DNA from: an uncultured Clostridia bacterium
GTDB taxonomy: Bacteria; Bacillota; Clostridia; Christensenellales; UBA1242
Length of the DNA stretch: 64,000 nt
Assembly (NCBI GenBank): GCA_944381145.1
Contig: CALWJZ010000003.1
Coordinates: forward strand, 6,616-70,615
Direction: 5' to 3'
Both the position numbers and the translations under genes were made by a program. Each line of letters starts with the position of its first letter. Within the stretch, counting starts at the first letter, position 1. Below the pieces are notes generated by a model. That model saw nothing but the letters and a program-made list of their open reading frames with translations. It was not told where the DNA came from and did not search any database. Positions 58,127 to 64,000 of the stretch are shown in pieces.

Positions 58127-59788
58127 TTATTTGTAATTTTCAGGCAAATCATTTTCTATTAAAATTACATAATTTTCATCGGATTTTTCAATAAAATTTT
58201 TAGCTTTTGAAAAATCATCAACAATATAAACTTTATTTATATCAAAATTAGTTTCCTTTATTCCATCCAAAATTGCAATTCTGTTCTTTTTCTTTACAAT
58301 CACGATTTCAGTTGCATATTTTGTTAGTAATTTACCAAAGTTTTTATTATACAAATAATCATTTTCACACTCAATCAAACCTGGAGTAATTACCATTTTA
58401 TGTGTTTTATCAAATAAATTTAAGGCTCTTAAACTAAATTTTGCTGAATCCAAATTCGAATTATAACCATTATTTATAATTATTGCACCATTGTTGTTTA
58501 TTTGTTTTTCAAATCTTGCACTTATAAATTTTGTTTTTACTAATCCTTTTTTCAAATTTTCAATTTTAACATTTAACATTTTAGAAATAGCTAAGGCCAA
58601 CAATACATTAATCACATTATGAATACCTATTAAATAAGTATTAAAATATCCTAAAAATTCATAACCAAACCAAACTTCAAACTTTGAACCATTTTGAGTT
58701 AACTCAATATTTTTTGCATACATATTATTAAATTTTTTATTTTCAAAAAAATATTTGCTAATGCGATATATTCTAGATTTAAACTGGATATTAGATTTCA
58801 AATAACTTTTAAAAATTTTCAAATCTCTTTTTATGCAAACAAAAATCCCTATTTTATTTCCTTCATATTCACTATACATCTTAGCAACATACTTATTTAT
58901 TAAATTAAATACACAAGACTTATTATATAAATAATCAGGTAATTCTTTTTTTGTTTTATAAACATTTTCTATATTTCCAAAAGTACTAGTATGTTGTCTT
59001 CCTACTGTTGTTACAATACCATAGTCAACATCAACTAATTTGCATAATTCTTTTATTTCACCAATTTTTTTTGCACCCATTTCACAAAGAAATATTTGAT
59101 GAGAGTTTTTCAAGTCTTGATTAATAACTTTAGTTATACCAAAAGGTGTATTATAACTTTTTGGAGTTGTTAATGTATAAAATTCTTCTGTTAAAATATT
59201 ATTTAAAATTTCTTTAGTACTTGTTTTTCCATAACTTCCCGTAATGCCAATTTTAATCAAATTGTTACACTGAGATAATCTATTTTTTGCTTTTTTAATA
59301 TAATATTTGCCAATTATATTTTCAATAGGCATTAACAATATAATAGATAAAAAACTCAAAAAATAAGAAATAGGAAATATAAATGGAAACAAAATTACAT
59401 TTAAATAAATAGGTAAATAAAAACACAATAAACAAATAAAAGCAATTAAAAATATATTTAAAATAAAGATTCTTTTGAATCTTTTTGTATATGTAATTTT
59501 AAATAAATAATTAAATTGATTTCCAGCCCACAACCACAAAACAGTTTCAGCAAGTAAATATATTATATAAAAAAATATGCAATTAATATTAACTAACAAT
59601 AAAGTTATGATAATTACACAACAAAGTAAAATGTCCAAAAAATTATTTCGTAAAGTTTCTAAAAAATAAAATAAAATACTCTTTAATTTATAATTATTTA
59701 ATTGAACATAATATAATAATCCAGTATTTAACATTATAGATATTAATAAAAAAGATACAAAAAAATAAACATAAAATATAAATTCCAT
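58127..59788 (-). CDS. murF: Mur ligase, MurF-like (UDP-MurNAc-tripeptide--D-Ala-D-Ala ligase) with an N-terminal multi-TM domain
   Basis: P-loop GITGSYGKTSTKE and a murF-ddl pairing. The first ~165 aa are hydrophobic helices instead of MurF domain 1. Confidence 0.7.
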   Translation of the reverse strand: MEFIFYVYFFVSFLLISIMLNTGLLYYVQLNNYKLKSILFYFLETLRNNFLDILLCCVIIITLLLVNINCIFFYIIYLLAETVLWLWAGNQFNYLFKITYTKRFKRIFILNIFLIAFICLLCFYLPIYLNVILFPFIFPISYFLSFLSIILLMPIENIIGKYYIKKAKNRLSQCNNLIKIGITGSYGKTSTKEILNNILTEEFYTLTTPKSYNTPFGITKVINQDLKNSHQIFLCEMGAKKIGEIKELCKLVDVDYGIVTTVGRQHTSTFGNIENVYKTKKELPDYLYNKSCVFNLINKYVAKMYSEYEGNKIGIFVCIKRDLKIFKSYLKSNIQFKSRIYRISKYFFENKKFNNMYAKNIELTQNGSKFEVWFGYEFLGYFNTYLIGIHNVINVLLALAISKMLNVKIENLKKGLVKTKFISARFEKQINNNGAIIINNGYNSNLDSAKFSLRALNLFDKTHKMVITPGLIECENDYLYNKNFGKLLTKYATEIVIVKKKNRIAILDGIKETNFDINKVYIVDDFSKAKNFIEKSDENYVILIENDLPENYK

Positions 59789-59854
59789 ATATCAACCTTT
59801 ATGCTAGTATATTTATATTATTTATGCATTTTTATATATATTAGTGACAATAAG

Positions 59855-60589
59855 TTAATTATAATTGTCATTTAATAAGTTATTTATTAAATTTGAAAAT
59901 TTGTTTATATTATACATAAAAGCAAAATGTTTTCCATTACTATACAAAACAACAATATTGTTTTTTATATTTTTATGTAATGTTTTACATATATAATATG
60001 GTGTATCTTTATCTTTTTTATCCCAAACCAAAATAGTTTTGCACATTATAAATTTCAAAAGATATTTTAAATCTTGATTAATAATTTTTACAAAAATTTT
60101 TTTATCAATATTTTTTAGATTTTTATAATCTTTACTACCACAATTAGATAATAATTTATTAGATATTAATTTTTTGTTTGCAAAAAATTTTATTATTTTG
60201 TACTTTAAAATTTTTATATTTTTATAAATACTAAATTTATTTATGCCCGCACTTGAAGTTAAAACCATAGATACAATATTAATATTAAAAATACTACTTA
60301 ATATAATTGCTACTCTGCCACCAAAAGAATGCCCAACTAAAATAACTTTGTTTATTTTTAGTTCACTTAATAATAAAAAAACCTGATAAGCATATTCATA
60401 TGTATCATAAAATTCATCTGGTTTTTCTGATTCACCAAAGCCAAAAAAATCTAGTCTTAGAATTTTTTGATTAGGAACAGTTTTTTGTACAAGCCTATCA
60501 AAACATGATTTATTCATACCCCAACCATGCAACAATACAATTACAGGCTCATTTATTCCTTTTAATTCATACGCTAGATTTTTTATCAT
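59855..60589 (-). CDS. alpha/beta-fold hydrolase
   Basis: HGWG oxyanion motif and GHSFGG nucleophile elbow. Confidence 0.75.
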   Translation of the reverse strand: MIKNLAYELKGINEPVIVLLHGWGMNKSCFDRLVQKTVPNQKILRLDFFGFGESEKPDEFYDTYEYAYQVFLLLSELKINKVILVGHSFGGRVAIILSSIFNINIVSMVLTSSAGINKFSIYKNIKILKYKIIKFFANKKLISNKLLSNCGSKDYKNLKNIDKKIFVKIINQDLKYLLKFIMCKTILVWDKKDKDTPYYICKTLHKNIKNNIVVLYSNGKHFAFMYNINKFSNLINNLLNDNYN

Positions 60590-61022
60590 TTATAATTAAC
60601 CTATATATTTTAGCATCAACACCATTATAATATAGCTTTCTTAACCTTTCAAATTGAAATCCAATTTTTTCATAAAATTGAATTGCAATAGTATTATCAA
60701 TCCTTACTTCTAAAATTATGTTATGGATTTTTGACTTAATACAATCTGAAATTAATCTATTAAAAATTTTTTTACCTATTCCACGATTTTTATATTTTTC
60801 ATCAACAATTATTTTCAAAACTTCACATTCATCAAAAATAAAAGTAGCTACCAAATATCCAACTATAAAATTATCATATATTGCTACATAATAATGGTAA
60901 AATTTGAGACCAAATGACTTACTTAATTCATTATATGAATATTTTTCAAACTTATACTGACATTCTAACTTATAAATATCATCTAAATCTTCAAATTTTG
61001 CTTTTCGAATTTTCACATTCAT
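60567..61022 (-). CDS. rimI: ribosomal-protein-alanine N-acetyltransferase (GNAT)
   Basis: GNAT core RGIGKKIF. Order tsaE-tsaB-rimI. Confidence 0.8.
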   Translation of the reverse strand: MNVKIRKAKFEDLDDIYKLECQYKFEKYSYNELSKSFGLKFYHYYVAIYDNFIVGYLVATFIFDECEVLKIIVDEKYKNRGIGKKIFNRLISDCIKSKIHNIILEVRIDNTIAIQFYEKIGFQFERLRKLYYNGVDAKIYRLIINDKKSSV

Positions 61023-61647
61023 CTTTTAGATTCCTTTCTGCTTGAGAAGATTGTAAATAAAATGGTTCAAAAACAAAATTAGAATAATCAGAATTAATTT
61101 TTTTTAAAATTGATTTTGAATATAGTTCACTAAAATCATCACCTATCTCATTAATATTATATTCTATATTTAGTAATTTTTGTTCTTCTTTCAACATATA
61201 CAAATTATCTGATGGAAACATTTCTCTAATTTGCTTTTTGTCAATTAAACCACAGTTCTGTATTTCATTATTTTTTATTTTTGCATAATAACATGTTGAG
61301 TTAGTTGAATTTAACAAAATTATTCCATTTTTTATTTTTTCACTTAATATTTCAAACATATTTATTGGAATAATCTTCTTATTTATCACTTTATTAAAAG
61401 CTTTTATAACAGACATACCAACTCTAATCCCAGTGAAAGAACCTGGACCTACAACGCAACTCAAGTAATCAAAATCATAAATTTTCATATTTGCTTCAAA
61501 CAAAACTTTTTCAATGTATAAAAATAATCCTTCACTATGTTTTATATTTTCATCAATAATTTGAATAATTGTTTTATTAATTTTTTCATCATTATAAATA
61601 AAAATTTTAGCACTTTTTCTTGTAGTATCTAATCCAAAAAATTTCAT
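60991..61647 (-). CDS. tsaB: tRNA t6A37 biosynthesis protein TsaB
   Basis: VVGPGSFTGIRVGMSV motif. Lies between tsaE and rimI. Confidence 0.85.
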   Translation of the reverse strand: MKFFGLDTTRKSAKIFIYNDEKINKTIIQIIDENIKHSEGLFLYIEKVLFEANMKIYDFDYLSCVVGPGSFTGIRVGMSVIKAFNKVINKKIIPINMFEILSEKIKNGIILLNSTNSTCYYAKIKNNEIQNCGLIDKKQIREMFPSDNLYMLKEEQKLLNIEYNINEIGDDFSELYSKSILKKINSDYSNFVFEPFYLQSSQAERNLKDECENSKSKI

Positions 61648-61650
61648 AAT

Positions 61651-62106
61651 TCACCTAATAATTTCAAACTCTCTTTTGTTTTCATCTATAAATTTTATAT
61701 TAATTTTTATACATTGATCATTTATAATATCACTAATATTTTCAGCCCACTCTATAAAAATCAATTTTCTAGAACTATCTTGAAAAAGATATTCTTCTAT
61801 ACCAAAAGCGATAGCTTCTTTACTATTAGATAATCTATACATGTCAAAATGATAAATATCAAATTTTTTAGTTTTATATTCATGCATTATTGTAAAAGTA
61901 GGACTCGTTATATTTTCTTTTACTCCAAGTTCTTGTAAAACATATTTTATAAATGTTGTTTTCCCTGCTCCCAAATCACCATTTAATAAAACAGTTTCCC
62001 CACCAATTAAAAGTTTCGCAAATTTTTTTGCCAACATTTTAGTTTCTTTTAAATTTTTAATTATGGCCTTTTCCACTAACTCCCCCAACTTTTTTGATTT
62101 TTTCAA
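61651..62106 (-). CDS. tsaE: tRNA t6A37 biosynthesis ATPase TsaE
   Basis: GDLGAGKTTF P-loop. Start uncertain: the track's TTG 62106 overlaps the PAP2 gene by 50 nt. Confidence 0.8.
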   Translation of the reverse strand: MKKSKKLGELVEKAIIKNLKETKMLAKKFAKLLIGGETVLLNGDLGAGKTTFIKYVLQELGVKENITSPTFTIMHEYKTKKFDIYHFDMYRLSNSKEAIAFGIEEYLFQDSSRKLIFIEWAENISDIINDQCIKINIKFIDENKREFEIIR

Positions 62107-63007
62107 ATATAAAAGGCAAAAGTATCGTACAAATACAACTTACTAAAAAATAAATTATAAAAATAAGTATTCCATTTACCGAAAAAATAAGTTTAGTAAA
62201 AATAAAATTAACTATTAATATTGAATACAAAATGATTGCTCTAATTAACAGAGTTTTCAAATCTTGTTTTTCATTGTAATGTATCCATCTTTTATCAATA
62301 AAATAGCCCAAAGACATTGCAATAAATACTGCAGTAAGCATATATACTTTATCTTCAACAATACCTGCAAATATATCTAATAAAAAAAATACAATAAATA
62401 CAACACAAGATACAATAAGCAAAAATGAATATAAAATTTTATCACTAAATTTGTTTTTGAAATTTACAGGTAAAATCTTTAAAAACTCTTGTATTATAAT
62501 TGCAATACAAATACCAAAAACAGCACCGACTACAACATCTGTCAAATAATGTTGACCCCAATATAATCTACTCAACATAACAAGTAATCCAAAAATTAAA
62601 AATACAATTAAACTTGTTATTTTCTTTAATTTTGATTTTGAAACTTTTGATATTTCTAAACAAATTAGTGTTGATTGTACAAAATATCCCTGCGAATGCC
62701 CACTAGGAAAGCTATAATTACTAGCAGGAAGCCTATTTTCAATTTCTGAGCTTGCAATATATGGGCGAGGTCTTTTTACTAATATTTTCACAATAAAATT
62801 GATACCCACACTTATTAAATAAATCATACTATATTTGAAAGCAAAAGATTTGCTATATAGTAAATAAATTCCTAAAACACCGAAAACAAAAGCAATTTCT
62901 TCTCCAAATTTAGTAATAATCCAAAATACAATATCAAAAAAATTGTTTGATATACTTTGAACACCTTTTACTATTTCTACTTCCAATTTAGACTCCTGTA
63001 TAATCAA
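62057..63007 (-). CDS. PAP2-family membrane phosphatase
   Basis: KILVKRPRP, PSGHS and SRLYWGQHYLTDV phosphatase motifs. Multiple TM helices. Confidence 0.8.
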   Translation of the reverse strand: MIIQESKLEVEIVKGVQSISNNFFDIVFWIITKFGEEIAFVFGVLGIYLLYSKSFAFKYSMIYLISVGINFIVKILVKRPRPYIASSEIENRLPASNYSFPSGHSQGYFVQSTLICLEISKVSKSKLKKITSLIVFLIFGLLVMLSRLYWGQHYLTDVVVGAVFGICIAIIIQEFLKILPVNFKNKFSDKILYSFLLIVSCVVFIVFFLLDIFAGIVEDKVYMLTAVFIAMSLGYFIDKRWIHYNEKQDLKTLLIRAIILYSILIVNFIFTKLIFSVNGILIFIIYFLVSCICTILLPFIFEKIKKVGGVSGKGHN

Positions 63008-63112
63008 TAATAAAATTTACTATCTATTTAATTTTATCAAATTAATCAATAATTCACAAATAAAAATATTTATATCTGTTATTAAAGTACAATTATAGTT
63101 AATAATTAATTA

Positions 63113-63880
63113 ATGGTTACAAAAGTTACAAAATTAAGCAAAATATCAAATTCAATATTTATAATATCAAGCGTATTCTGTTTGTTTTTTTTATGGTGCA
63201 ATTTTTATATAAAAAGCATACGATTAAGTTTTATTTGTAGTGTAATAGCAGTACTTGCTTTTTCAATAATTTTTTTCCCAATAATTACAATAAAAAACAA
63301 GAAAATGTTACTAAATAAAAATAATAAACAAAATATTGAAAATTTTAAAAACTATCTAATATATCAAAAAAATACAGAAACATTACTATTTTTAGTCAAA
63401 TTATTAGATATTAAAAACTATAGTATAATAACTCAAAATCATATTGTTGCAAACAACGATACTGATATTTATATTAATTTTAATGATGAAGTTGATAATC
63501 AATATTTTATAAACATGATTCAAAATAGAAACACAAATAATATAAAATTCATATGCATAAATTCACTTGCTAATATTACACACATCAAAGGCATAAATTT
63601 TGAATCAACAAATGTAGAAAAATTATACAAAATTTCAACCGAAAAAAATATACAATTTGATTCCAATATTATTATAGAAAACAAGCCAAAATATAGCATA
63701 AAAGACATACTTTGCGTAGTACTTTGCAAAAATAAATCAAAAAGTTATTTTTTATTAGGAATATTACTTTTATTTTCTAGTTTATTTACTCCATTTAAAA
63801 ATTACTATATTATTTTTTCATCTATATTTATACTGCTATCAATTTTTTCTAGATTCAATACAATCTTTAATAAATACTAA
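63113..63880 (+). CDS. hypothetical membrane protein (2 N-terminal and 2 C-terminal TM around a soluble middle domain)
   Basis: 255-aa ORF. No family recognised. Confidence 0.5.
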   Translation: MVTKVTKLSKISNSIFIISSVFCLFFLWCNFYIKSIRLSFICSVIAVLAFSIIFFPIITIKNKKMLLNKNNKQNIENFKNYLIYQKNTETLLFLVKLLDIKNYSIITQNHIVANNDTDIYINFNDEVDNQYFINMIQNRNTNNIKFICINSLANITHIKGINFESTNVEKLYKISTEKNIQFDSNIIIENKPKYSIKDILCVVLCKNKSKSYFLLGILLLFSSLFTPFKNYYIIFSSIFILLSIFSRFNTIFNKY

Positions 63881-63889
63881 TTATTTTTT

Positions 63890-64000
63890 TTAGATTAAGT
63901 GGTTGAATTTTGGTTTTGTTGTGAATTTATAAATCAAAATTTTACTACCAATTATACTAACTATTTCACAATCACATTTTTTTGCTATTGTATTTGCTAG
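63890..64000 (-). CDS. C-terminal 36 codons of an unidentified gene entering from the right edge
   Basis: My translation of the minus strand from 64000 is open (LANTIAKKCDCEIVSIIGSKILIYKFTTKPKFNHLI) and ends at TAA (63890-63892). Too short to name. Confidence 0.4.
   Translation of the reverse strand, partial: LANTIAKKCDCEIVSIIGSKILIYKFTTKPKFNHLI

Overview
Very AT-rich, low-GC Firmicutes-type chromosome segment. A pro-sigma-K gene suggests a spore-former. No database search or calculation was run: calls rest on motifs I read in the translations, on synteny, and on hairpins and promoters I checked by hand. Most of the window is core housekeeping, mainly on the minus strand. In order: rsmB(partial)-fmt-def-priA, rpoZ, ligA-pcrA, rpsU, HIT, mtaB-rsmE, dnaJ-dnaK-grpE-hrcA with CIRCE, PHP, hemW-lepA, gmk, rarA, RNase P RNA, sigK, U32 peptidase plus trmR, RNase J. 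Then, after the accessory block, parE/parC-like topoisomerase, murG, an ABC exporter, ddl-murF, rimI-tsaB-tsaE and a PAP2 phosphatase. The accessory block runs from about 30.4 to 47.6 kb. Its centre (31.46-42.13 kb) is an intact, tightly coupled 13-gene phage-particle operon: large terminase, small HTH ORF, Zn-ribbon ORF, portal, scaffold, capsid, five unknown ORFs, a BhlA/UviB-like protein and a holin. I could not find an integrase, repressor, replication gene, tape measure/sheath/tube or endolysin anywhere in the window. Beside it lie a sigma-region-4-like regulator and two SH3b tail-anchored surface proteins. This is my best candidate for an undescribed or domesticated particle-forming system (GTA-like, or a minimal short-tailed particle). 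Other points worth a second look: a 23-codon leader ORF with antiterminator/terminator-SD hairpins ahead of the ABC exporter; a MurF whose N-terminal domain is replaced by membrane helices; a ParC-like subunit with a ~130-aa low-complexity N-terminal extension; and a GDPD-like protein lacking its catalytic residues. I saw no CRISPR array, tRNA or rRNA.
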